A stretch of DNA of 42,608 nt, from the IMG/VR virus record IMGVR_UViG_3300044723_005018, positions 1-42,608 of that record; one strand, 5' to 3'. Made by a program: the position numbers and the translations under genes. The notes under the pieces were generated by a model that saw only the letters and a program-made list of their open reading frames with translations, had not been told where the DNA came from and did no database searches. Below, piece by piece: positions 1 through 8,747 of this stretch. This DNA is from a virus. Its lineage: Duplodnaviria; Caudoviricetes. The number at the start of each line of letters is the position of its first letter. Position 1 is the first letter of the stretch.

Positions 1-624
1 ACATATATTGATGAACGTTCAAGATCTGACTTTTTACTAGATCACCTTACAGTTGGTTCATTCACATTACCGGAGTTAAAAAACATTATTGATTTTGGTA
101 AATTAACTAGTCGATCAATCTCAAATTACATGAACAATCAGATCAAGCGCAAATCATTGACATGTAAAAATCCGGAATTAATTGTTATTGATAACTGGGG
201 TGATATGTTCTTCACAGCGTGGAAGTGCAAAACAACACATAGAAAGTTATGGATTTCAAATGGTGATGATGAGTTAACATACATAAAAGACAAAAATTGG
301 TTTCATGAAAATTTCATAGCATGTGGTTATTTAGATTACGATACTTCTGTACATAATTATGTACAGTTGATAGAGCATTATAGAAGATACAATAAAGAAT
401 GCCCTGTACTATTTGTTAACATATACACACATTTATGGAGGCCGGGTTTTGAAAGGAATGTTTATGAGAACATTATGTTTGATGTGAAGCAGCAAGTTAG
501 TAACTGCTTTGTTGCTAACATTGATAAGCAAAAGATCAAACCTGCTAATCCAAAAAACAAACTACACTTTATACCAGAAAATTATATCGAGATGTTTGAC
601 AACTCAAAGTTATCAACTATGTAA
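1..624 (+). CDS. hypothetical protein, 5' truncated (possible SGNH-like/polysaccharide-associated)
   Basis: Frame 1 is open from base 1 to the stop at 624, so the ORF-track start at 130 is probably internal; 'LIVIDNWGDM' segment. Confidence 0.6.
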   Translation, partial: TYIDERSRSDFLLDHLTVGSFTLPELKNIIDFGKLTSRSISNYMNNQIKRKSLTCKNPELIVIDNWGDMFFTAWKCKTTHRKLWISNGDDELTYIKDKNWFHENFIACGYLDYDTSVHNYVQLIEHYRRYNKECPVLFVNIYTHLWRPGFERNVYENIMFDVKQQVSNCFVANIDKQKIKPANPKNKLHFIPENYIEMFDNSKLSTM

Positions 625-1509
625 CATATAAGGTTCGAAAAGTTTTTTTTCTTTCCATCTTCTGAGCTTATCATCTTCTCCTTGATAATGACCTGCATAT
701 ATAATATATCTCAATCCTTGATTGTATTGATTATCATTATTCATGACCCACTCTTTCATTACATAAAAATGTAGTAAATGCATTACATTGTCTTTCAAAT
801 AATCACCATGACCTATTATGAGATTATATGTCGCAACAGACCCTAGTCTGCTCAAATTTATATAACCTACCAATCTTTTATCCGTGATAACTTTACCTTG
901 TGTATATCCTGGTTCATTTATATATACACCAAAAAATATTGAATATTCCTTTTTGTTTGTAATGGTAGCAAGACGTTTCATCCGCGTGATATTAGGATTC
1001 TTTATATTACGCAGGTAGTTTGATCTCATCGGTTGACCACATCTTACACTCTTTGATGTGTTGATTTTATATATATCATTAACCCAATTTTGCTTCTCAA
1101 ATCGCGAGCAAAAATAACCTCTCTTTGTAGCAACTTCTGCGGCTTTGAGTGGGTTATGCTTTCTCTTTGTGAATTTTGCAACACAGTCATGATAATCATC
1201 ATAATCCTTATAAAACGCTAGATCTATCACTGATGATATTGTCATGTTTTCAAACTTAGTTTCATCAATATTAGAACGCTTGTACCAGTAGATGTTGTGT
1301 TGTTTGGACCATTTATGTTTATTCGCAGGATACCAATCAACTTTAACATCACGTATGTACACTCTGTGATTATCAAAACTGTCAAATATTTTTCTGTTCG
1401 GTATACGTCGCTCGTATTTACCTATATCGTTCCAGTGTTGTGTACTATGAGCTTCATTCTTAACATCCCTGTAGAGCTCATAGTAAAATTTTTCATCCAG
1501 TTCACACAT
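613..1509 (-). CDS. GNAT/FemAB-like acyltransferase-fold protein with an N-terminal 'FYYELYRDV..HW..IGKYERR' repeat-type module
   Basis: C-terminal LVGYINL..YNLIIGHGDY...LRRWKEKKLFEP resembles a GNAT/FemAB fold; ORF overlaps the upstream gene's stop. Confidence 0.5.
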   Translation of the reverse strand: MCELDEKFYYELYRDVKNEAHSTQHWNDIGKYERRIPNRKIFDSFDNHRVYIRDVKVDWYPANKHKWSKQHNIYWYKRSNIDETKFENMTISSVIDLAFYKDYDDYHDCVAKFTKRKHNPLKAAEVATKRGYFCSRFEKQNWVNDIYKINTSKSVRCGQPMRSNYLRNIKNPNITRMKRLATITNKKEYSIFFGVYINEPGYTQGKVITDKRLVGYINLSRLGSVATYNLIIGHGDYLKDNVMHLLHFYVMKEWVMNNDNQYNQGLRYIIYAGHYQGEDDKLRRWKEKKLFEPYMLHS

Positions 1510-2797
1510 TTTTTAAAAAATCATCGATTATAATTTTCATCATCTTTGAGACTTTGGTATCCATCAAACATCTTGTAAATGGTATGGATCCACATGAAAA
1601 CACTTTAGATTTATATTTGTTAAAGAGTGTAATCTCTCCGCCATCCTGGTTTTTATTCAATCCTTTTGCTAAAACAGGCCTGGCTATACCATCACCACCT
1701 GTCTTACCATGTTTGTTATATTGATGAGCTACTTTATCACACTCATGACCGGATGGCTTACACCCTTGACTTGTCACGCCTATAATTTCTCCTGTTGATA
1801 TACCGGCTTTTTTCATTAACCAGTGATCGCCATTTTTACATTTAATATCATTATAGGAATTATCACCACGATTGTCATAAAACATACCTAATAGATTATA
1901 CGGCTGACAAGTTAGTTTGTTGTCTTTTGCGAATTCATCAATAGTGAGGTTGTTCGAGTAAGTGTTTAGTTTATTACCACAAAACGGATATCCTAGTTTT
2001 TCTATTGCATTGTTGTTGAATAAAACCTTTCTCCATATAGCGTTACCACCTGTATAAATTAAATTCACACCATCTCTCATCGCTCTATCAAGCATGTATG
2101 TCATTTTATGTGTCCAGTATTCTGGATGGCAGTTCAGCATAATTATTTTTCGATTCTTCAAATTTGAATAATTTTCTACATCACTATCAGTGATTAGATC
2201 AAACTCATAGTTAAACTTATTCAAGTATGCCCATAAAAATGTCTCTCCGTATAATAAATGCTCTCTACCTATTATTTTTTTCTGTAGAAAAGAACGTATA
2301 CCATTACTTATTCTTTTGCATGGTTTATGAAAACTACACCGCACAGTACCGACCTTGTTGTACGCGTTTTTTATTGTATATTTACTCGCTGGTGGTATTG
2401 TTGTATAAAAGCTTGACCCACCATAATCGTTATACGCAGTCCATGTATTTGTGTTCGCAATTACCGCTATATCTTTTGATGTGTTGTTTAGTATAAATGG
2501 TACGTAGTAATTTTCACCATCTGTCTTTTTTACCTCTATAAAAAAAATGTTGTTTTTGTGTTGTGATAATTTTTCATCTGTCAGAGGTATTATCTGTGTC
2601 TCTAACCAATCACAACCCTCAGCAAAAGATTGATCTGGTACGTGTTGTGGTTCTGCTTTTGCACCATATGTGTTAATTTTTTCACCATCAATAGTCAGTA
2701 TTGTTATATTGACTTTTTGTGTATTATCAATATTCACATACAATTTTATGCAGTCATTCATATTATATGATGATCTATCTATATACGCCTCAATCAT
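1502..2797 (-). CDS. N,N-dimethylformamidase beta-subunit C-terminal-like (DUF6605-like) domain protein
   Basis: Motifs NTWTAYNDYGGSSFY, HPEYWT, GGNAIWRKV, VFSCGS. Confidence 0.7.
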   Translation of the reverse strand: MIEAYIDRSSYNMNDCIKLYVNIDNTQKVNITILTIDGEKINTYGAKAEPQHVPDQSFAEGCDWLETQIIPLTDEKLSQHKNNIFFIEVKKTDGENYYVPFILNNTSKDIAVIANTNTWTAYNDYGGSSFYTTIPPASKYTIKNAYNKVGTVRCSFHKPCKRISNGIRSFLQKKIIGREHLLYGETFLWAYLNKFNYEFDLITDSDVENYSNLKNRKIIMLNCHPEYWTHKMTYMLDRAMRDGVNLIYTGGNAIWRKVLFNNNAIEKLGYPFCGNKLNTYSNNLTIDEFAKDNKLTCQPYNLLGMFYDNRGDNSYNDIKCKNGDHWLMKKAGISTGEIIGVTSQGCKPSGHECDKVAHQYNKHGKTGGDGIARPVLAKGLNKNQDGGEITLFNKYKSKVFSCGSIPFTRCLMDTKVSKMMKIIIDDFLKNV

Positions 2798-3561
2798 GTA
2801 GTTTTATATTCTTGTAATTTATTCCACACGTCGGTTGGAATAATTTCTTTGAAATTTTGACGTGTTTGTTCCATGGTTGCGCGACCGGGCATTTCCCATC
2901 TCCATTTTGCAGACTTTTTGTCACAATAATAACCGCGCCTATCTACAGATATGCTGTTCAATCCGTCAGTGTGAAAACCATTTGTTTCAATATCTAATGT
3001 TTTCTTCTGTTTCGGTTTTAATAGAAATTGTTGTTGCATCCAACCATCTACATATCTAGACGGACCTGGTATTTTGAGCTTCTTCACCAGATCTGTTTTT
3101 GTGGCCATCCAACAACCCGTGTGAGGCCAGAGAGATGTGTATTTCGCTGAGTTACCAGTGAAGAGATCGTAAAACAACCCCTGCCTGTAATCGAACCACG
3201 AAAAGTCATCTGTTAAATGTTTGCAAGTTTGTTCAACGCGATCCGGTGGAGAATAATCATCTGATGCTGTCAACATGAATCGTTCACCTCTTGCATGGTT
3301 GGCGATATGCACCCATTTGCTACCAAGTGGTATCCATTTTTTGAGCTTCAAATATGTGATATCGACGCAACCGGCTGCGGTTAACCGATCTTTATACTCC
3401 TTAATATATTCAGGACCGGAAAAATTTACCGACGGGTCCTCACATACAATTATTTCCCACGAATGAGAAGTTTGCTGTCTGCATAGACCTTCTAAACATA
3501 ACCAAAATATATTTGAAGCGTTGTATACAGGAATTGCTGCGGTTAGTTCTATGTTACTCAT
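2794..3561 (-). CDS. glycosyltransferase family 2
   Basis: AAIPVYNA...CLEGLCRQ..WEIIVCEDPS, SDD (DxD-like); AGGAG RBS upstream. Confidence 0.8.
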   Translation of the reverse strand: MSNIELTAAIPVYNASNIFWLCLEGLCRQQTSHSWEIIVCEDPSVNFSGPEYIKEYKDRLTAAGCVDITYLKLKKWIPLGSKWVHIANHARGERFMLTASDDYSPPDRVEQTCKHLTDDFSWFDYRQGLFYDLFTGNSAKYTSLWPHTGCWMATKTDLVKKLKIPGPSRYVDGWMQQQFLLKPKQKKTLDIETNGFHTDGLNSISVDRRGYYCDKKSAKWRWEMPGRATMEQTRQNFKEIIPTDVWNKLQEYKTT

Positions 3562-3664
3562 ATACTCCTATATAATATATATTATATTAAATGTGAATAA
3601 TGGCAAATATCAACTATGTTGATACTTCATGGGAAGTGATTGTTATTTAATCATGATTTTACCG

Positions 3665-3693
3665 TAGATATTTCCAGGCTAATATCATATAAT
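3665..3693 (+). promoter_or_regulatory. sigma70-type promoter, leaderless transcript
   Basis: TAGATA-N17-TATAAT, then 6 nt to ATG at 3700. Confidence 0.6.
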
Positions 3694-3699
3694 AAACAT

Positions 3700-4287
3700 A
3701 TGATAGTTGATGATATAAAAACATACGACGGTGCAATTCTACACAATCGTTTCGCATACAGTTATTTTAGAAACAAAACACTACCCATCGGTAACATCAT
3801 AGCGTTCAGATCACCCATGCTCGTGGAAGCTGACGGCATGATTGATCATGAAGATGTGTTGAAGAATGAATTTATTTACAGTGATGATGCTATAAATTTT
3901 CTATGGGAGATTCCAAATTTAGATAGTTTTGGAGCCATCGCTTACCAGCGATTGTTCAACACACAGCTAGCCAATATATTACACAAGTACATACAAGCTC
4001 CGATCGAGATGGATGGTGATGATATCATCGTTCATAAAGAACATGAACAACATGGTATCGTGCAACCCAAAGGCAAGTGCAGCGTGAGCATCACTCACGT
4101 GAAAGGTGGAGCTGCTCTGGGTCATACAGGCATCAACATCAAGGCTGGTAGGCGTGCACCTGCTCATGCATACAGCACCAACATGGATGAAACACATGTT
4201 GAAGCATTCATGCGCGAGGTGATTGACATGTTTTACGGATTGAATGACGACATCTTTATAGCCACCACAAAAATTATCAGCAAGTGA
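3700..4287 (+). CDS. DUF366 family protein (BPL/LplA-like fold)
   Basis: YDGAILHNRFAY, IIAFRSPM, MIDHED, YQRLF, DGDDI, KCSVSI, HTGINI motifs; start moved to ATG 3700 on promoter spacing. Confidence 0.7.
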   Translation: MIVDDIKTYDGAILHNRFAYSYFRNKTLPIGNIIAFRSPMLVEADGMIDHEDVLKNEFIYSDDAINFLWEIPNLDSFGAIAYQRLFNTQLANILHKYIQAPIEMDGDDIIVHKEHEQHGIVQPKGKCSVSITHVKGGAALGHTGINIKAGRRAPAHAYSTNMDETHVEAFMREVIDMFYGLNDDIFIATTKIISK

Positions 4288-4676
4288 TGTTGTTTGATTT
4301 GCTGAATCGAATACTACACAGCAAGCGTGATGTTACCACTAACATCGGTGAAGATTCAGTACACCCGTACATCTTGAACAGATGGATCAGCATGTATTCA
4401 CCAGATATGGCTGTGCTGATCAACAACACAGGTAACTGGCTGTACAATGTGTTTGGTGATGATCATGGAAAATATTTTCGATTCCTATCATGCTTCTTGC
4501 CAAGAGTGAAGAACAAGCGAATTTTTTACATAAGAAAAAACAAAAAAAATGTTGATGTTGATGATCAATCAGATCAAAATGTCGATGTGCTCGCTCACGG
4601 TCTTGAATTATCAAAACGTGAGATTAAATGTTTATTAGAATATGAGCGCCAACATCGACCAACTAACACCAACTAA
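4284..4676 (+). CDS. gp62: clamp loader small subunit (T4 gp62-like)
   Basis: PYILNRWISMY..FL..LPR.K...YIRK..LELSKRE pattern of the gp62 family; T4-like context. Confidence 0.65.
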   Translation: MMLFDLLNRILHSKRDVTTNIGEDSVHPYILNRWISMYSPDMAVLINNTGNWLYNVFGDDHGKYFRFLSCFLPRVKNKRIFYIRKNKKNVDVDDQSDQNVDVLAHGLELSKREIKCLLEYERQHRPTNTN

Positions 4677-5055
4677 AAGCCTGATCGATCTAACCACACA
4701 CTCAGACAACGATTTTGGTTTGTCTGATTATGATTTGTGTGGTTTGTTTGATGATTTATTACTCGCAGAATATGTAGACGAGACACCAGATGGAGACATC
4801 ATCAGAGATGGTGTGATCGTACCATCTAACACCATCCAACGTGCCTGGCGTGTTGGTCGTGTGATACTCGCCGGTACAGGTTGTAAAAACGTAACTCCTG
4901 GGGATCATATCATCTTTCCTCACGACAAAGGCATTCCGATATCCGGCATCACAATTGACGGTCACGGACAATTGGAGCACGGTATATTTTTAAACGAAGA
5001 ACGCTTGTTCGGCAAATGCCGACCAAAAGATGAAAGTTGCACTACCAACACTTAG
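4642..5055 (+). CDS. groES: GroES/Cpn10-like co-chaperonin (functional analogue of T4 gp31)
   Basis: GVIVPS...GRVILAGTGCKNVTPGDHIIF...FLNEERLFG. Confidence 0.75.
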   Translation: MSANIDQLTPTKSLIDLTTHSDNDFGLSDYDLCGLFDDLLLAEYVDETPDGDIIRDGVIVPSNTIQRAWRVGRVILAGTGCKNVTPGDHIIFPHDKGIPISGITIDGHGQLEHGIFLNEERLFGKCRPKDESCTTNT

Positions 5056-5410
5056 AGCGTTGCTCGAGAAAAATGTGTTGGAGATCAAATTTGTAAGAAG
5101 ACGACCAAAGCCTGGACTGCCTCCAACACGGCGCATGTTATGCACCAACAATCGTGGCATACTAGCAAGTGAACCTGGTCGTAAATTGTTGAATTATCAC
5201 GAGTCAATCAGACCTGGTCCACAATTCAATCCTGTGACCAAGAACATCGTGATCACCTGGGACATTCTGGTGCAAGATTATAGATGCATCAGCACTGATG
5301 ATTGTGAGGTGTTACAAATGATTGAAAATGCTGATGACTTCTGGAAGTATTATAATGATGTGTTGTACCCCATGTCACCCAAACAAAAAACCGGATTTAT
5401 GATATCGTGA
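5030..5410 (+). CDS. SH3/WYL-like beta-barrel protein (DUF2693-like)
   Basis: LEIKFVRR...RRMLCT...WDILVQDYRCI pattern common in T4-like phages. Confidence 0.55.
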   Translation: MKVALPTLRALLEKNVLEIKFVRRRPKPGLPPTRRMLCTNNRGILASEPGRKLLNYHESIRPGPQFNPVTKNIVITWDILVQDYRCISTDDCEVLQMIENADDFWKYYNDVLYPMSPKQKTGFMIS

Positions 5411-5748
5411 CGTGTTTTGAAGAAATAGAAAAATGCCTAGATGCGTGTCTGCAGCGTGACATGGAAATCACCATAGGTAGCAAGACCGTGAGGCGAGGGT
5501 GCTTCATATTATACACAGTCAAGGATTATTATCTCACGTTGATAATAAAAACACCTCAAACAAACAAAACTTACGACGTGTTGTATCCATTTGGTGTTGA
5601 GTATGATGATGACAACATAATGTTTCACTACAACAACAATCTACTAGCGGCTCCAGAAAATGAAACAGGGCATGACCTGATAAGTGATGTGTGCGTTGAT
5701 TGTACACACAAAGTGCTGAACAACACACTTACACTCCGCTTCGCTTAA
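5407..5748 (+). CDS. hypothetical protein
   Basis: GTGA overlap with the previous stop; 113 aa. Confidence 0.7.
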   Translation: MTCFEEIEKCLDACLQRDMEITIGSKTVRRGCFILYTVKDYYLTLIIKTPQTNKTYDVLYPFGVEYDDDNIMFHYNNNLLAAPENETGHDLISDVCVDCTHKVLNNTLTLRFA

Positions 5749-5749
5749 C

Positions 5750-6145
5750 ACTCTTTTTTTCCGCATATATTCTCCAGGGAACCCTCAAGACATAATACAC
5801 CTGTTACGAGACAGGCGTATTGTGTCAAATGCATAACTCTCCAGGTATACCAAGATGACGGGACGACACTCAAGAAGAGATTTTGGCTTTATGAAGAATC
5901 CTGACCTATAAACTTCGGTTGAAACAACCGCCAAAACATACTGGATAAACCACAGTTCGGTGCGATGCGAGTTTTACGTCGCCGTTTTTAAATCGCGTCC
6001 CACGATCGTGTTTAATTTAGCTTTGTCTGTTCCAGCAGTTCTCTCTGCCGAGTCATGTCCTGTCTTGGAGTTGACCAACACTCACACTCGTGTACCGAAA
6101 ATGCTGACAGGGATCATTGTAGCGTTTTTTCACACTTTTATGATG
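5750..6145 (-). ncRNA. candidate structured non-coding RNA of unknown class
   Basis: No credible ORF; several stems (5789-5826, 5916-5930, 5881-5887/5930-5936, 5860-5865/5996-6001, 6035-6048); promoter directly upstream on the minus strand. Confidence 0.5.
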
Positions 6146-6150
6146 TTAAT

Positions 6151-6178
6151 ATTATATCATGTATATTTCATAAATCAA
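6151..6178 (-). promoter_or_regulatory. sigma70-type promoter (extended -10) facing the non-coding element
   Basis: TTGATT-N16-TATAAT with TGn extended -10. Confidence 0.6.
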
Positions 6179-6213
6179 CTATGTGAACAATTTTTTTCTA
6201 TGATTAAGTATAC

Positions 6214-7407
6214 ATGATGGATTCTGATGCATTACAAGAGAGATTAAAATTCGAGACAAGAGCGCAACACGATAAACAAAATAGAGAACGTGACACAAGA
6301 CGTGCATCCATAATCACGAAACTAGCTGGTAAAAAATACAGCACATTGGAAAACATCAACAACTACGAGACATTTATAACAAATTTTATCAACACAAGAC
6401 ATAGTGTGAATCCGTCTGAATACATGACACGATATGTGCAGGGATTGATCAACACCAGCGATAAGGAGAGTGTGTTTGTGTTGCCAAGAGACGGTATCGT
6501 GATAGACCATGACGGGTTTGCCACCGCGGTGTTTAAAAACACAGAAATAAAATTACAACCAGCGTATGAATTACATCTTGGAGAGCTACTATACACGGAC
6601 AGCATCCCGCAAATCAGTATCATCAAACCCGTGAAACAGATATCAACAACAGCTAACAACACGATATCAATCTCGTGGGAGCCACCATGTACATATATCA
6701 ATAATGTTGAATTAGTTGTTCAGCGCACATGCAATGAACTGTTTGGTTCAAAACACGCTGTCATTGAAAATATATTCACCTGTAACCAAACATGCACAGA
6801 ATATATCGATCATGACATACATTTTGGTAACAGATACCAATATAGGATAGTAACCAAAAGAGGAGCGGAGCAAATAAAAGGTGTTGTAACAGAGTCAATC
6901 CGGATTGATGAACATCGGGATGCTGTTTATTCATATAATGATGTGATATTGCATCTCGAAGCTAAAGAGCTCGTGTATAATGCAAATGTTAAAGATGTTA
7001 GAGATCTCGTTCCGATGATTAGATGTGACCACGCCAATATGATAAATGCTTTTGATAAATCCGGGAAGGTTAAATACAATTGGCCATCGATGGCACTCAT
7101 GAGAAGCACGCCACGAGCATGTATCAAACCACAATATACAAAAAGCCTTCCGAAAAATTACACACTATTAATTGTCATACATAAAGGCAAGCAACCAATC
7201 GCATTGTATCAAACATGTGATGAAAACAAAAAGAAAACATTCAAACCTTTCGGATACGAAAAGATAAAATTTGACATAACAAATCTTTTACATGTCGGGG
7301 GATTTTCAGAAATGATATTATATGATCGTGTTTTGGATTCAAAACAACTCGATTCCCTCGATTTATACATGTCAACTAAATACAACACTCCGTTAATAAA
7401 TATTTAA
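6214..7407 (+). CDS. putative virion protein with FN3-like domain and LamG-like C-terminus
   Basis: ISISWEPP...YIDHDIHFGNRYQYRIV (FN3-like); FSEMILYDRVL; TAAGTA late-type motif at 6205-6210. Confidence 0.5.
   Translation: MMDSDALQERLKFETRAQHDKQNRERDTRRASIITKLAGKKYSTLENINNYETFITNFINTRHSVNPSEYMTRYVQGLINTSDKESVFVLPRDGIVIDHDGFATAVFKNTEIKLQPAYELHLGELLYTDSIPQISIIKPVKQISTTANNTISISWEPPCTYINNVELVVQRTCNELFGSKHAVIENIFTCNQTCTEYIDHDIHFGNRYQYRIVTKRGAEQIKGVVTESIRIDEHRDAVYSYNDVILHLEAKELVYNANVKDVRDLVPMIRCDHANMINAFDKSGKVKYNWPSMALMRSTPRACIKPQYTKSLPKNYTLLIVIHKGKQPIALYQTCDENKKKTFKPFGYEKIKFDITNLLHVGGFSEMILYDRVLDSKQLDSLDLYMSTKYNTPLINI
7396..7402 (+). promoter_or_regulatory. T4-type late promoter
   Basis: ATAAATA 7 nt before the gp15 ATG. 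Confidence 0.65.
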
Positions 7408-7409
7408 AC

Positions 7410-8150
7410 ATGAAATCAGATCCATTTTATTTTGAGATAAAAGATGTGTTGACACAATTTGTCGCGGCTTTTGATGGCGTGGTTATAAAGCGATTCAACA
7501 ACAAGCGTGAGGTTCAGGATAAAATCAAGGTTAGATATCTTTACGCTCCTAAGCAGCGTGTGATACATGATATATTGAACAAAGCTAAACACATAACACT
7601 ACCTGTTGTGTCAGTAAATGTGACAAATATCGCTCGCGACAACACGAGAGTGTTCAACAAGCTTGATTCATCATATTACCTGACAACCGAATCAACTACA
7701 CTATCCGGTGATGTTGGTAGAGAGGATCGCGTACCACAACCAGTGCCTGTCAACATAAACGTGAACATGTCGATACTCACAAAATTTCAAACAGACATGG
7801 ATCAAATATTGAGCAATTTTATACCATATAACAACCCGTACATAATCATATCTTGGAAAGTGCCTGGTGAATTCACAAACATACCCCAAGAGATCAGATC
7901 CGAAGTGTTGTGGAATGATAATGTCTCGATAACATATCCCACAGAAATGTCACCTGACACACCTTATCGTGTATCTGCAGATACATCATTTACCATAAAA
8001 GCGTGGTTGTATAGGAAAGACACAACACCTGTTAAGACAATATTTCAAGTCGAGACAAACACATTTGCATTGGAATCAATTGATGACATACCAGACATAT
8101 CAACTCCAGATAAAATTAAAAGATTCAATTCTCTTTTTGATGTAACATGA
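7410..8150 (+). CDS. gp15: tail sheath stabilizer / tail terminator (T4 gp15-like)
   Basis: FYFEIKDVLTQFVAAFDGVVIKR...YAPKQR...LPVVS...PVPVNI...DQILSNFIPY...TSFTIKAWLY. Confidence 0.85.
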   Translation: MKSDPFYFEIKDVLTQFVAAFDGVVIKRFNNKREVQDKIKVRYLYAPKQRVIHDILNKAKHITLPVVSVNVTNIARDNTRVFNKLDSSYYLTTESTTLSGDVGREDRVPQPVPVNINVNMSILTKFQTDMDQILSNFIPYNNPYIIISWKVPGEFTNIPQEIRSEVLWNDNVSITYPTEMSPDTPYRVSADTSFTIKAWLYRKDTTPVKTIFQVETNTFALESIDDIPDISTPDKIKRFNSLFDVT

Positions 8151-8713
8151 TGACTATACATAAAGACACATTTTACGTGCGCGCACGACCACAAATCACT
8201 AACATTTCAAACCTCGTCAAGCAACAAGACCGATCCACAACACATGTGATACTCGGTCATGGATTCTGGTCAAACGAAAAAAAACTCACGTTGACAACCA
8301 GTACATTTTCCGGCGTTGAAACGACTGAACCGGTGTCGCCATTGTTTGGTAGATTGGAGCATGAGCAGCTGCGAGCATTCGCTGTACCGATAACAGATCT
8401 TAACACATTCGGTGTACCATTAACGTCATATAACCTGTATGAGTCCGCTGTGTTAGAGACAGATTCTGCACCAGTCATGACCACAAAATTCCCAGCATTT
8501 GATGGCATAGAACTGACACCAGAAATTATTAATGAAAACACATTGAGTGTCACACTGCCTCCTGCCAGTGGGGATAATAGTTTGATCGATATAATTATAT
8601 CGAACAGGGCTGGCTATGGTCGCGCTAGTGTGGATCTAAACCAATCATCTGATCAAACAGCCTATGTACAGCCCACAAGCGGTATGGTTATAAACACATC
8701 TTTGGGAAGCTAG
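8147..8713 (+). CDS. hypothetical structural protein (IPT/TIG-like)
   Basis: ATGA coupling to gp15; PQITNIS..ILGHGF..LSVTLP..DIIISNRAG. Confidence 0.55.
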   Translation: MMTIHKDTFYVRARPQITNISNLVKQQDRSTTHVILGHGFWSNEKKLTLTTSTFSGVETTEPVSPLFGRLEHEQLRAFAVPITDLNTFGVPLTSYNLYESAVLETDSAPVMTTKFPAFDGIELTPEIINENTLSVTLPPASGDNSLIDIIISNRAGYGRASVDLNQSSDQTAYVQPTSGMVINTSLGS

Positions 8714-8731
8714 GATTTTTAAACATATAAG

Positions 8732-8738
8732 ATAAATA
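8732..8738 (+). promoter_or_regulatory. T4-type late promoter
   Basis: ATAAATA 9 nt before the portal ATG. Confidence 0.65.
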
Positions 8739-8747
8739 ATATAAGCC

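Noticed and set aside
3640-3699. ORF-track N-terminal extension of DUF366 (also 12632-12658, 17392-17433, 25631-25708, 40524-40712)
   Set aside because: These extensions overlap promoters or neighbouring genes; downstream ATGs fit promoter spacing and domain starts
5750-6145. tmRNA, RNase P RNA or group I/II intron
   Set aside because: No tRNA-like GGGG..CCA ends, no GAGGAAAGUCC, no P7/domain V motifs, and the element does not interrupt a gene
5960-6217. 85-aa plus-strand ORF
   Set aside because: No RBS or promoter, runs through the divergent promoter region, protein implausible
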